Shown here: positions 19,166 through 28,496 of the stretch, in pieces
Layout of the letters: the number at the start of each line of letters is the position of its first letter
Numbering within the stretch: the stretch's first letter is position 1
Source: a virus
IMG/VR virus record: IMGVR_UViG_3300029258_005166
Coordinates: 1-64,000 of that record
Direction: 5' to 3' (one strand)
Length of the DNA stretch: 64,000 nt
Position numbers and translations under genes: made by a program
The notes under the pieces: model-generated
What the model was told of the DNA's origin: nothing
Databases searched by the model: none
Seen by the model: only the letters and a program-made list of their open reading frames with translations

Positions 19166-19726
19166 ATGGAAGTAGATGACATTCTAGGAAACGCTGAGAA
19201 AAAGAAAAAGAAAATCAACTCTGGTCGCAAGGGCAAGAGGGTAGAGCTAGAATTGGCGAAGATCCTCAATAAGCGATTTTGCAAGGTGCTTTCTGAACAT
19301 ACTGATTGGGGTAAATTTTCAAGGACCGTAGGCTCTGGAAACAGGTGGGGACAGAACGTCCAACTCTCAAAAAAGGCCAAGGAGATCTACAGCGGAGACA
19401 TGGTCTGTCCCGAGAATTTCAGATTCACCATAGAATCCAAAGGGGGCTATGAAGACATTGATCTATGTTCTGCTATAGATGGTGGCAATGCCGAATTGAA
19501 TAGCTTTCTCAAAAAAGCTACAGATGATGCCAAACGATGCGGGAAAAAACCGATGTTGATTTGGAAAAAAGACCGAAAACCACGGATTGTTTTCGTGAAA
19601 ACGAAAGAACTATCCTCAAGGAAAATCGGCAAAAAACCAGAGTACAGTATCGTCTACCGAGACTGGACTGGTGTCACGTTCGAATTTATTTCTTCTTTGG
19701 AAGACGATTTTTTCTTTGAATCCTGA
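19166..19726 (+). CDS. Phage Holliday junction resolvase (Hjc-like PD-(D/E)XK)
   Basis: NSGRKGKRVELELAK, GD, IESK, PMLIWKKDR. Confidence 0.8.
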   Translation: MEVDDILGNAEKKKKKINSGRKGKRVELELAKILNKRFCKVLSEHTDWGKFSRTVGSGNRWGQNVQLSKKAKEIYSGDMVCPENFRFTIESKGGYEDIDLCSAIDGGNAELNSFLKKATDDAKRCGKKPMLIWKKDRKPRIVFVKTKELSSRKIGKKPEYSIVYRDWTGVTFEFISSLEDDFFFES

Positions 19727-20190
19727 TATGTCCAGTCATCGTCCCATTCGAATACGTCTACGGTAGCATTGGTTGCTCGGATCTCTTTTAGCTTTCGATA
19801 CTCACAATATGCTCGACAGGCATTCAGGGTCTTCTGATACGTTAGTATTCGGTTTTGTTTAATTCTATTCTTACTGTAGAACCACCGACAGTATAGAAAT
19901 ACCGGATCATCGCGACCATTGAAATATGAATCGCGAAAATTTACCAAGAACTCGATGGCTCGGGCAAGGTCGTATTTGAGACCACACTTGCAGATAACCG
20001 CCCCAACGGTAGGAAGGCCGCGAGGGACGTGCGGAATAACCGCCTCAATTAAATCGCGATACCTTTCAACAAAGTCCTCAATGTCTTGCGGGGAAGCTGT
20101 CTTAAATCGTTTGGGATTCAAACCCTTCATCATCTCTTTGGCGATAGCCACTACCGCTCGCTTTTCCCAAGTAGTCTTTTCGCTGCTCAT
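19654..20190 (-). CDS. Paralogue of the C-terminal half of the ParB-like protein at 21819-22901
   Basis: Shared IA..MM.GL, F.GRDDP, DVF.W motifs. Confidence 0.7.
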   Translation of the reverse strand: MSSEKTTWEKRAVVAIAKEMMKGLNPKRFKTASPQDIEDFVERYRDLIEAVIPHVPRGLPTVGAVICKCGLKYDLARAIEFLVNFRDSYFNGRDDPVFLYCRWFYSKNRIKQNRILTYQKTLNACRAYCEYRKLKEIRATNATVDVFEWDDDWTYQDSKKKSSSKEEINSNVTPVQSR

Positions 20191-21797
20191 TTTAACAACT
20201 CTTCAATCTGCCTTTTCAGGCTCTCGATTTCTTCGTCACCTTTCTTTTCTTCCTCGGTCCAAGTTTCGATCTCACCATCCAAGGTTTCGATTTTATCTTC
20301 GTGATCGGCCAACCTCTCTTGCAATTCGATCACTTGAACCCTTAAAGGCTCCAGTTGGGCTTCGATGCCCGTAATTGCTTCCTGGTGTGTCTGTTGCTGG
20401 TCACGAATTTCAGAGATTTCTTCCTGGTAGTGTGTCTTGGCCTTCTGAAGGCTGGTCAATTTTTCCGCGAGGGGAAGGATTTCTGTCTGCTTTTCCTCGG
20501 CCCGCTGAGAGACTTCCTCGGCTACGAAATCTTCCACCTGACCGGACACGTCATCTTCCAATACGTTTTCCGGCAAAAGATTGTTCTGTCTTAGGACGCC
20601 AAGCCGTTTCCATCCCTTTTCGGTAATGCTGTATCCAGATACAGTTGGTTTCTTTTGATTCCTGTTCTCAGGATAAATCCTGGTAAAGTACCCATGAAAT
20701 ACTAATCCATTCATTACCTCTCGGCAGGCCCCCACCAAGTTGGAATAGTTGTTTTCCTGGTCAATAACGAACTCTGCGAGGTTGAGTTGGTCCGTGACAC
20801 TTTCGGTGGCATCCTTTCGCCGGGCATGACCCTCCTCGTCCATGACCATGGCCACTGCCACCAAAGCGTGGTCTATAACCAACAATTCGTCCCGAAGGGA
20901 CGAAACCTTATAACCGCTGATATCTAAAGAGAAATTCATCTCCCGCAGTCCAAAATATTCCTCCAGATCTGCATCGGCAAGGAAAGGAAAAGGTTGCGGG
21001 CTCGGTTCTTTTGACTCCGCTTTTTTCTGCTGTTTTACCTCTTCTTCTGCCTTTGTTTTTTCTTTTTCCGCCTGTTTCTTGCGAGTTTCCCGTCGTTGTT
21101 TTTGTCGTTCTCGTTCCTGTCGTTCTTGCTCTTTTTCCAATCGATCCAGACTCTTCTTTGCGGCATCTTTGATGGACATGGCCTCTGAATGCATCTTTAA
21201 CCATTCGCTGTCCAACATATGTTTCGTACAGACCGAAAATGTGCCAGCAGGAGTGTGGAGCATTTCAACAGCGGGTTGCTGACATGTTTTGCCGTCTTTA
21301 TTGGGATGACCGCATAATATTTCTCCCATAAGATGTGCTGGAACTTTCTCAACCCGTATGACCGTGTCAACAATATCCTTGGCTTCTCGGGTCGTAATGG
21401 GCCTGTCGTTCCTGGGTGCCGGGATCGCCAGCTTGACAGGATGCACCTCCTTCAACTTTGTCACAACATCCTGGGTTAAATATTGCTTCGGAGGAGTTAA
21501 AATACATTCCCAACAAGTGTCGTTTCCCTTGGGTTTGGTGCGAATCTTGATCCCTCGGCCTTCTTGCCTGACAATCTTCAACCGGTTTCGACTTTTTTGT
21601 TTGATCCGACTGTGAAATCGAAGGCCCCAGTTTCCCGTATAGCCAATGTCGATCAAGAGGTCTTCAAGCATAAGCCGTGTGCTGTTTACGGTGGTTGGAC
21701 CAATCCGATTGGGTAGTTTTTCTGTTGTAATTTTGAGAGGCACTAGCGTACTCCATTCATGAAGGCACCACTCCCGGCAATGCCGGGAGTGGTGCAT
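20187..21797 (-). CDS. Multidomain coiled-coil protein with possible winged helix (true start probably near 21743)
   Basis: C..C..C.H knuckle, charged linker, YSITEKG wHTH-like end, C-terminal coiled coil. Confidence 0.7.
   Translation of the reverse strand: MHHSRHCREWCLHEWSTLVPLKITTEKLPNRIGPTTVNSTRLMLEDLLIDIGYTGNWGLRFHSRIKQKSRNRLKIVRQEGRGIKIRTKPKGNDTCWECILTPPKQYLTQDVVTKLKEVHPVKLAIPAPRNDRPITTREAKDIVDTVIRVEKVPAHLMGEILCGHPNKDGKTCQQPAVEMLHTPAGTFSVCTKHMLDSEWLKMHSEAMSIKDAAKKSLDRLEKEQERQERERQKQRRETRKKQAEKEKTKAEEEVKQQKKAESKEPSPQPFPFLADADLEEYFGLREMNFSLDISGYKVSSLRDELLVIDHALVAVAMVMDEEGHARRKDATESVTDQLNLAEFVIDQENNYSNLVGACREVMNGLVFHGYFTRIYPENRNQKKPTVSGYSITEKGWKRLGVLRQNNLLPENVLEDDVSGQVEDFVAEEVSQRAEEKQTEILPLAEKLTSLQKAKTHYQEEISEIRDQQQTHQEAITGIEAQLEPLRVQVIELQERLADHEDKIETLDGEIETWTEEEKKGDEEIESLKRQIEELLK
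21765..21795. repeat. Perfect 14-bp triloop hairpin
   Basis: GCACCACTCCCGGC AAT GCCGGGAGTGGTGC. Confidence 0.8.
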
Positions 21798-21818
21798 TTT
21801 GACTATTCCTGGGTTCGG

Positions 21819-22901
21819 CTACTTCTTCGATTTGGACGGAATTTTCCAGCCCGGCTCCCAATCGAAGACATCTTGCTCTCGTTCGCGAAGGTTGGCAACA
21901 GTCCTGCCAGCAAGGAAGTGTTCGAGGGCAGAGAGCGTCAGTTTGTAGACCTTCAGCCCATCCCGGCACTTTTGGATATAGATCCGTTGATACAGCCGTT
22001 TGGCCGGATCGTCCCTGCCGGTAAAAACCAGCCCGTTGAGGCGGTCGGCAAACGGTTGGATTTGCTCGACTCCATACCAAAGAGCGGCCTTGGCGACCGC
22101 AGCCTGGATGTCGCGGCGATTGCAATGTCGCAGTGACTTAGCAGCCCACTCGATGATGTTGCCGTACATCGCTGTGAACTCAATGATTTCCAGGTGGGTG
22201 AAGGAGTCTTTTGTGTTGGTCAAACCCCTCATCATGCCGCGAGCAATCGAACCGGTCTTATTCCCGGCCTTGTTTTCAAGGACCTGATTGATCTTGTCGG
22301 TGACATCCCGCTTGGCATTCTGGTCAACAGCATAACGAGCCTCGACACAGCAGCGAAAGGTGACCCACAAGACGCACGGGATGCCCGTTCGAACAACAGC
22401 CGTCAACCGATGTTGGCCATTATACAGGAAGTCATTCTCATCGATCTCCACAGACTCCCCAGTGTCGATCCACTTACCGGATTTCAGATCTCGGCAATAG
22501 GCCTGGACGACATTTTCCCGGAGACGACGGTTATCGGGATTATACTCATCCAGTAACAGTTGGGCCATAGCGGGCGTGATGAGAACGAACTCACTGTATT
22601 GATCCTGGCTCTTGACATGGATATGCCAAGCTTTGCCACTGGCTTTAGCTTTGTCCAGGTAATATTTCTGATTTTCCTGGGCCTTTTTCCGGTTCCGTTT
22701 TCTTCGTTGGGAACTCTGTCCGCTAATGCTGGGTTTAGGAGCAGCGAATTTCGGTTTTCCAGTTTCTCCCTTGGCTATCGACGATTGGGGCCGTCGCGAG
22801 CCCGGCACATTGACTCCCATCTGCCGTAACCTGTCCAATAGGACAATTCCGTTGACCTCGGACGTTTGGGTTTTTGGTTTTGATTTCTTCCTCTGGGCCA
22901 T
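21819..22901 (-). CDS. ParB/Srx-like domain protein (DGQHR type)
   Basis: ITPAMA..LL, NRRL...V..Y..DL..GKW, NGQHRL. Confidence 0.8.
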   Translation of the reverse strand: MAQRKKSKPKTQTSEVNGIVLLDRLRQMGVNVPGSRRPQSSIAKGETGKPKFAAPKPSISGQSSQRRKRNRKKAQENQKYYLDKAKASGKAWHIHVKSQDQYSEFVLITPAMAQLLLDEYNPDNRRLRENVVQAYCRDLKSGKWIDTGESVEIDENDFLYNGQHRLTAVVRTGIPCVLWVTFRCCVEARYAVDQNAKRDVTDKINQVLENKAGNKTGSIARGMMRGLTNTKDSFTHLEIIEFTAMYGNIIEWAAKSLRHCNRRDIQAAVAKAALWYGVEQIQPFADRLNGLVFTGRDDPAKRLYQRIYIQKCRDGLKVYKLTLSALEHFLAGRTVANLREREQDVFDWEPGWKIPSKSKK

Positions 22902-22958
22902 TACTTGACTCCTGTGCGTGTGTGTGAAGAAACGATAGAAAATCCCCGATCCACCCAG

Positions 22959-22986
22959 AGTATACGTCAGAAATCTCCGATGTCAA
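22959..22986 (-). promoter_or_regulatory. Sigma70-type early promoter with T-rich upstream element
   Basis: TTGACA-N16-TATACT. Confidence 0.75.
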
Positions 22987-23112
22987 AAAAAAATTCAGAA
23001 GTCATGTCATAAGTTGTTGTTTACAAAGAGTTTAAGGAGAAAAATTTTTTCTCACTGTCTCTGAGCGAAGAGAGTCGCAAGAAGTACAAGAACCATAGGT
23101 GGTACTACAAAA

Positions 23113-23145
23113 AGGCCGTGCCGGGCAACAAGCACGGCACGGCCT
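23113..23145 (-). terminator. Intrinsic terminator after the tail-chaperone operon
   Basis: 11-bp GC stem followed by a T-run on the minus strand. Confidence 0.65.
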
Positions 23146-23170
23146 AACAAAGGGAGACTGAAGACCTGGG

Positions 23171-23917
23171 TTAATCAAAAATTTGGAGTTGAAGTTTCTC
23201 AGAAAGAAACTTGCTTTCTCCAAAATCCATTTCGAACCAGACGTTGTAGAGACCGCAATCTAATTCAAGAGCCGCCGTGTCGAGAAAGTAGTAGGCTTCG
23301 CCGTTTGTCCTCATCGGAACCGATTCGTTCTCCACTACCAGCCTCAAATCACGTTCTGCGGGTATGCAATCCCCACAAGCCATTTCGATGGTTATTTTTA
23401 AAGGCGTGGCAATAGCCAGAGCCTTATAGTATCGCTCCAAATCAGGGGCGGTGGGAACGTTAGGCCGAACATCTATGGTCAAATATTGTTTGGCCCCCAC
23501 TCGTATCCTGTTTGGTCTAAAACCAAAAGAGAAGTCATATAAAATTGGTTCGGGACCAGCGTACCACAAATCGGGCAACACGCACCATCGATTTTCTATG
23601 TGTGATTCCGGGTGATCCTCTTCAATTTCTAATTCCCAAACGTCGCGATAATCTCCAATCGTATAGACGGTATCATCTAAGGTGACGGTTACAGAGTATT
23701 CTCCTTCATCTTCGTGGGTCACTTGAGATCCCGGAATGGTTTCAATAAGTCGCCGTCCATCGGGATTTGACTCACTCACCAAATCGGGATCGAGGAAATA
23801 AATTTCGACTTGCTTGACCTCATGTACATCCTCTCGGTGATTCGAATTGTAAACATAAAGTCGAAGCTTTACCGTATCTCCTATAACCGGATTTTGTGTT
23901 CGTTCTCTAAAGGCCAT
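23171..23917 (-). CDS. Putative virion protein with two Ig-like beta repeats
   Basis: GEY.V..D...G.Y.DVW and G.AYY..D...G.YNVWF repeats; tail operon context. Confidence 0.6.
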   Translation of the reverse strand: MAFRERTQNPVIGDTVKLRLYVYNSNHREDVHEVKQVEIYFLDPDLVSESNPDGRRLIETIPGSQVTHEDEGEYSVTVTLDDTVYTIGDYRDVWELEIEEDHPESHIENRWCVLPDLWYAGPEPILYDFSFGFRPNRIRVGAKQYLTIDVRPNVPTAPDLERYYKALAIATPLKITIEMACGDCIPAERDLRLVVENESVPMRTNGEAYYFLDTAALELDCGLYNVWFEMDFGESKFLSEKLQLQIFD

Positions 23918-23926
23918 GACTTACTC

Positions 23927-24115
23927 TCAATTCTTAGTTTTTGCTTTTCGTTTCGCTGCTTCGATTGCTTCATTTTCCCGTTCTTTCTGCATAATGAATC
24001 GTTCTACGAGCCACTTGCGTTCGTTAATGGGCAAAGTCAAAGAGCTTTTTCTATCCATGTGAAAGTGATACATAAAAAAGAAGACCTCTTCCATTAGGTT
24101 CTTCCATAAATCCAT
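23927..24115 (-). CDS. T4 gp51-like / gpT-like tail chaperone segment, reachable by -1 frameshift
   Basis: LTLPINERKWLVERF motif; in the -1 frame of the upstream gene. Confidence 0.75.
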   Translation of the reverse strand: MDLWKNLMEEVFFFMYHFHMDRKSSLTLPINERKWLVERFIMQKERENEAIEAAKRKAKTKN

Positions 24116-24126
24116 ACTCGCTTTCT

Positions 24127-25284
24127 CTATTGTGTAGTTCTGTTCCCCTTCCTTGCCCGTGGGAAGAAAAAATTCGCTTCCAACGGCAGTTCGATATCAA
24201 AATCTTGCAAGGTATAAGGACTCTGAATCGTAACGGTTGTATTAACTCCGAAAGGTGGATTGCTCGTTACATCACGCATGTAAGCTACATCGCTGATCGG
24301 AAGTTTGCTCATAAGGGTCTGAATTTCCAGTCTGTTTGTCAGTCCTTCGATTTCTTGGATCAACAGGGACGTTCGATAGAGCAATGTGTCATCGGCCTGC
24401 CCACTCAAATCAAAGTTTTTAGCCCTATGGTCACGGTAGTTTTGAACTTCTTGTTCATCGCTGCCTCGGGCCAACCGATATGAGAACTGATAACCGGTCG
24501 ATGGCAAGACATCGGAAAGACTATCAAGTCCAAACTCAGGCGGACAGTAATCGACATACAGGCTGTTTAGATCTATTGTGGTGGCGAAAGTTTGATCTGT
24601 TTCGGGATCTCGCACCTCTACATCATAATCGGGTGTATAGGAAATGCCACGTAAATAAATTAGCATGTAGGTTCTATCCTGCGTCAAGAATCGCTCGGTA
24701 TCATATTTTTCTTGCAGACACCGATTGAAAATCATGTTGATTGCTTGACCCTTTCTGACAAATCTCGGTGTTGCCAGAATTTGTTCTTCTTCACCGGTCA
24801 TTGGACGAATATGCAACGTGCCATTTTGTGGTCCATCGTCTCCATCATAGAAAACCCCTCGCGAAGGAAGTTCGATGGGTTCATAGATAGCTTGGTCTTC
24901 GATACCCTTGATAAGTTCTTCAAGACGTTCGCTACCAGTAACACGCAAATTTGAGCTTTGTTGATGTAAACTTGATTGTCTCTTGACGGCCATTCTCCTG
25001 GTTTCACCAGGATTGACGGGCGGGACATTTCCCGCTTCTTTTTTGGCACGAACTTTTGCAAGGGCTTCTGCAAACTGGGGCGGTGCTTTTCCTGTCATTT
25101 GAATGTTACCCTCGTTTATCTCTCCTTCGGCTGCAACATTGGCTCTCATTCTAGCCATTTCTTCTAAGGCGGCACGATTTGCCGCTGGGCCGTCTGTTGA
25201 GGACTCGGGAGAACTCTCCGATGCTGCATTGAGTTCGGCTGGATCTATTGGCTTTCTTTCTGGTTTAAAGGTATCTTCCGGCAT
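24127..25284 (-). CDS. T4 gp26-like baseplate hub / tail assembly chaperone
   Basis: ELPSRG.FY, IRPMTGEEEQIL, DR.YMLIYLR.ISY, LPLEANFFFP. Confidence 0.82.
   Translation of the reverse strand: MPEDTFKPERKPIDPAELNAASESSPESSTDGPAANRAALEEMARMRANVAAEGEINEGNIQMTGKAPPQFAEALAKVRAKKEAGNVPPVNPGETRRMAVKRQSSLHQQSSNLRVTGSERLEELIKGIEDQAIYEPIELPSRGVFYDGDDGPQNGTLHIRPMTGEEEQILATPRFVRKGQAINMIFNRCLQEKYDTERFLTQDRTYMLIYLRGISYTPDYDVEVRDPETDQTFATTIDLNSLYVDYCPPEFGLDSLSDVLPSTGYQFSYRLARGSDEQEVQNYRDHRAKNFDLSGQADDTLLYRTSLLIQEIEGLTNRLEIQTLMSKLPISDVAYMRDVTSNPPFGVNTTVTIQSPYTLQDFDIELPLEANFFFPRARKGNRTTQ
24166..24172 (-). other. -1 ribosomal frameshift slippery heptamer T TTT TTC
   Basis: X XXY YYZ in correct phase; -1 frame open into 23927-24115. 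Confidence 0.75.
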
Positions 25285-25323
25285 ATTGCCTCCTTTTGAA
25301 AATTCGAATCACGTTAATCTTAT

Positions 25324-25695
25324 ATGAGTACAGTGGACCTAAATCTAAACAACGTCGAGGAAGTTATCTTTCGGGATAAAAAGTTGCAAAATCTCCTGCC
25401 CGAATTTAAGGATTTATTCAACCAATGGAAGTTCGCCATGACCACCCCCGGATTTGGGGCCTTGGCAAAACGGACCCGGATGGATTTCCTAAACAAGTTG
25501 ACACCGGAGCATCTGAATATCCTTCAAAGGTATTTCGGATCTCAAGTATTGGTAGACAAAATGAATTACCATACAATCCTGAATTACCACTTCAATTTAG
25601 AGGAAGTTGACACTGAACTAAATAGAGTGGAGGGATTTCAGAACTTCAGTGTATTTAGGGATGAAACTCACCTCTATATATCCTTTTGGCGATGA
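25324..25695 (+). CDS. Hypothetical protein, probable paralogue of 26361-26762
   Basis: RD....LPE and LQ.YF motifs shared. Confidence 0.7.
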   Translation: MSTVDLNLNNVEEVIFRDKKLQNLLPEFKDLFNQWKFAMTTPGFGALAKRTRMDFLNKLTPEHLNILQRYFGSQVLVDKMNYHTILNYHFNLEEVDTELNRVEGFQNFSVFRDETHLYISFWR

Positions 25696-25708
25696 TTTTG
25701 GGGGAAAA

Positions 25709-26044
25709 ATGATGACATTATCACTCGGCACTCTGCTGCTTTTTGGTTGTGCGGTGATCGGCTTTACGAACATTGTAGTTGATCCTGCCACGATTTTTGA
25801 GCCTATACGAAAGAAAGTAAAAGCTTGGGCCGAAAATGGATCAAAACTGGCCCAATTTTTCGACCATATGTGGGCCTGCTATCAATGCACTGGGTTTTGG
25901 GTAGGTATAATTTGTGGTTTCATTTTAATTAGTTGGAATCCACTGATCGTCTTTGCTTGCGGAGTCGCTGGCAGTTATATAGCGACCTGGGGTGCCACAC
26001 ATTTAACCTATCTTGAAGCCCAGTCAGTTATTTTGGAGAAATAA
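25709..26044 (+). CDS. DUF1360-like membrane protein
   Basis: IFEPIR...CYQCTGFWVG with TM helices. Confidence 0.65.
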   Translation: MMTLSLGTLLLFGCAVIGFTNIVVDPATIFEPIRKKVKAWAENGSKLAQFFDHMWACYQCTGFWVGIICGFILISWNPLIVFACGVAGSYIATWGATHLTYLEAQSVILEK

Positions 26045-26416
26045 ATGACTCAGTATCACAAACTGCATTGTGAAATTTGCAATTGGACAAAAGTAACTGA
26101 TGAAACCGGATTAAATCTCTATGAAGTCAAAAGATCGCCCGTACCCGCAGGTGTACCTTACTTAAATGAAAAGGGGAAGATAGTTACACCCAAGTCAATA
26201 CCACAACCCAGGAAATTTCGTTGCCCCAAGTGTGGTCGGATTCTGGGTGTGAAAGAGGCAGAAAATCCTCAAGAAAAGGTAGACCGATACCGACAAGAAT
26301 TGGCTGCCGAAGAAGAACGAAAACAATGGGAGACTTTGGAAGAGGAGGCAAGAAAACGATATGACCAAGCAAGGCTTGAGTACGAAAAAGAGCAAAATCA
26401 ACTTGATGGATATTAA
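26045..26416 (+). CDS. Zinc-ribbon plus coiled-coil protein
   Basis: CEIC, CPKC. Confidence 0.7.
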   Translation: MTQYHKLHCEICNWTKVTDETGLNLYEVKRSPVPAGVPYLNEKGKIVTPKSIPQPRKFRCPKCGRILGVKEAENPQEKVDRYRQELAAEEERKQWETLEEEARKRYDQARLEYEKEQNQLDGY

Positions 26417-26762
26417 AAAAGCTCTTCGTGATCCTAGATTTAGAAGTAGTTTGCCCGAAAGTTGCGATAAGGGGCTTTTAGAATACCTGTCGAATCCAGG
26501 CTGTCCCTGCAATATTCCTTTCTATCGAAAAATTCTTAACGAATGTCAGGAACAATTACAGAAATACTTCCCAGATCGGCAGATTACCAATGAAATAGAA
26601 GAAATCCAAAGGCTAGCCGAAAACCATTGGAGCGTTATAAATTGCAACATCAAAGAACTTGAAGCAAAATTGCATGCTCTGGCTCCCGGTCGCAAGCAAA
26701 TAGCTATAGCCAGATTTGAGGATCAGGTTACCGTCATTGTAAACGAGTTGGACTACCTATAA
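26361..26762 (+). CDS. Hypothetical protein
   Basis: NPGCPC motif; paralogue of 25324-25695. Confidence 0.7.
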   Translation: MTKQGLSTKKSKINLMDIKKALRDPRFRSSLPESCDKGLLEYLSNPGCPCNIPFYRKILNECQEQLQKYFPDRQITNEIEEIQRLAENHWSVINCNIKELEAKLHALAPGRKQIAIARFEDQVTVIVNELDYL

Positions 26763-27693
26763 GTGTTCTGCTTCGAAGCAATTCGTTACAACTCTGTATC
26801 ATTTGTTCTGGATATTGGGCATATTTTTCTATTTCAATCGGCCACAGATCACCACCAAATCTTTTGGTGCCTAAAATCTTGCCATTTTCGTATAATTCTT
26901 TGGCTGTTTTGTAGTTGGATTGAGAATAATAAATGTCCCCTAACAAACACCAAAACTCAGCCATCAATGGTTGGTCGGCAATACAAAACAATATGTTTTG
27001 GGCCGACTCCTCGGCTTTCTTGAGAATGTACAACTGAACCCGTGCCAAATGATATCGTAGCATTACGGCAGATTTAGATTTTGAATCGAGAGAAAGATAG
27101 TGCTTTGCTCTAATCTCAAAAGATTCAAATTGTCCTTCTCTTAATAACTCCCAGGCATGGTAGTAATGAGGTTCGATTCGACTGGTGTTTTGTTCCCATC
27201 GCTCAATGAATTTCATCGCATTTGGATACTGCGGATCACCTCCCGACCAAATAATACCATCTTTTGATTTCGTTGCATTATTGTCTGTAAGAGTTTCATA
27301 AATGGGATTCGAGAAGTGTAAATTTCGCCAAAGCCGTATTTCGCGAGAAATAGCCTTTCCACGATAGACATCGAAATAACACGAACCGATTGCCTCACGG
27401 ATCGAGTCATAACCCGATACAAGTTTCTCCCAAGGATGGATGTAGAAATTCCAATCGTCTCCCAACAAACGATTCCTTATAGAGGAATAATCTTCGACCT
27501 TCCAAGGCCCATAAATTTTGGCACCAAAAGCCTCACAAATCTCTATTGATTCATCCTTGCAACCAAGATCTGCAACCCTGATTTCCGCATCCAAAGGCGA
27601 GAGAGAAGCCAAGGCCTCTCGTATGGTGCTTTCATTGTTCTTGACCAACAGTTGAATCGTTAGCACGGAACTTTTCCTCGATAAGATGTTCAA
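26734..27693 (-). CDS. Degenerate GT2 glycosyltransferase with TPR repeats
   Basis: LTIQLLVKNNE...L.SL...DLGCKD; AEFWCLLGDIYY TPR. Confidence 0.75.
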   Translation of the reverse strand: MNILSRKSSVLTIQLLVKNNESTIREALASLSPLDAEIRVADLGCKDESIEICEAFGAKIYGPWKVEDYSSIRNRLLGDDWNFYIHPWEKLVSGYDSIREAIGSCYFDVYRGKAISREIRLWRNLHFSNPIYETLTDNNATKSKDGIIWSGGDPQYPNAMKFIERWEQNTSRIEPHYYHAWELLREGQFESFEIRAKHYLSLDSKSKSAVMLRYHLARVQLYILKKAEESAQNILFCIADQPLMAEFWCLLGDIYYSQSNYKTAKELYENGKILGTKRFGGDLWPIEIEKYAQYPEQMIQSCNELLRSRTLIGSPTRLQ

Positions 27694-27817
27694 ACGCAGC
27701 AGCTTCGTGGTCCTTTCCTAGCTTTTCATACTGAATTTTAGTTGCTTTATAGCCTTTTTCTGACCAAGGGCTCTCTAATATACTCAGCAATGCGTCAATT
27801 AACGGCGATGTTGTCAT
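27632..27817 (-). CDS. Hypothetical protein
   Basis: Compact ORF overlapping the GT start. Confidence 0.5.
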   Translation of the reverse strand: MTTSPLIDALLSILESPWSEKGYKATKIQYEKLGKDHEAAAFEHLIEEKFRANDSTVGQEQ

Positions 27818-27894
27818 AACTTACAAGAGTGAATGAAAGAATTGAACGGCAAGAAATTGTCTAATAAACAGTATATATTTAACTCTTGGTGACC

Positions 27895-28437
27895 ATGGCA
27901 ACAGAATATCTCAATAACAAAGTTTTCGAGAACATTATTTCCAAGTTCCAGAAGACCAAAAAGCAAAAAGCTCGTTTCGAGCTAATAATAGAAGACTTGT
28001 CCGATACCATTCAACGAAAACGTCGTCGGAAAACCGTTACCGAGGCAAATCGTGCCAAATTGAAAGCAAACAAACAACTCTATCAGCAAGTAATCTCGGA
28101 TCACACAGTTACGAAAGATGACTTGGCCCTAGCCTTCCTTACTCTTTCCGAAAATCTCGTTCGATTTGCCAAATTCAATCTAATTGAACCCTCGGACGCA
28201 ATCCAAGAAGGAGTTATGATCTGTTTCGACAAAATAGATCGTTTCGATCCCAGAAAAGGGAAGGCTTTTAACTATATGACAACCTGTATTTTAAACCATT
28301 TCAGGCAATTGTATAGGACAGCCAGGAATTATAATGAACTAAAGAAGCGGTATTTGCGTCATTTACAGATAGCAGAGAAAATCATTATTAAGAATGGTAA
28401 GGAAATGACTAATTGGAACCATGGTTATGGATTTTAA
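27895..28437 (+). CDS. T4 gp55-like late sigma factor (region 2 only)
   Basis: EYLNNK, DAIQEGV..C...DRFDP.K..AFNYMT.CI.N.FRQ; no region 4. Confidence 0.82.
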   Translation: MATEYLNNKVFENIISKFQKTKKQKARFELIIEDLSDTIQRKRRRKTVTEANRAKLKANKQLYQQVISDHTVTKDDLALAFLTLSENLVRFAKFNLIEPSDAIQEGVMICFDKIDRFDPRKGKAFNYMTTCILNHFRQLYRTARNYNELKKRYLRHLQIAEKIIIKNGKEMTNWNHGYGF

Positions 28438-28496
28438 ATGAGTTGATTGAGACTTTTAAGTGTGGTACAATTAGAATACACTAACCTGGAAGGTCA

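Noticed and set aside
23010-23034. TAAGTTGTT-N7-AAGAGTTTA as a dif-like tyrosine recombinase site
   Set aside because: Weak symmetry, single copy, and no tyrosine recombinase in the window.
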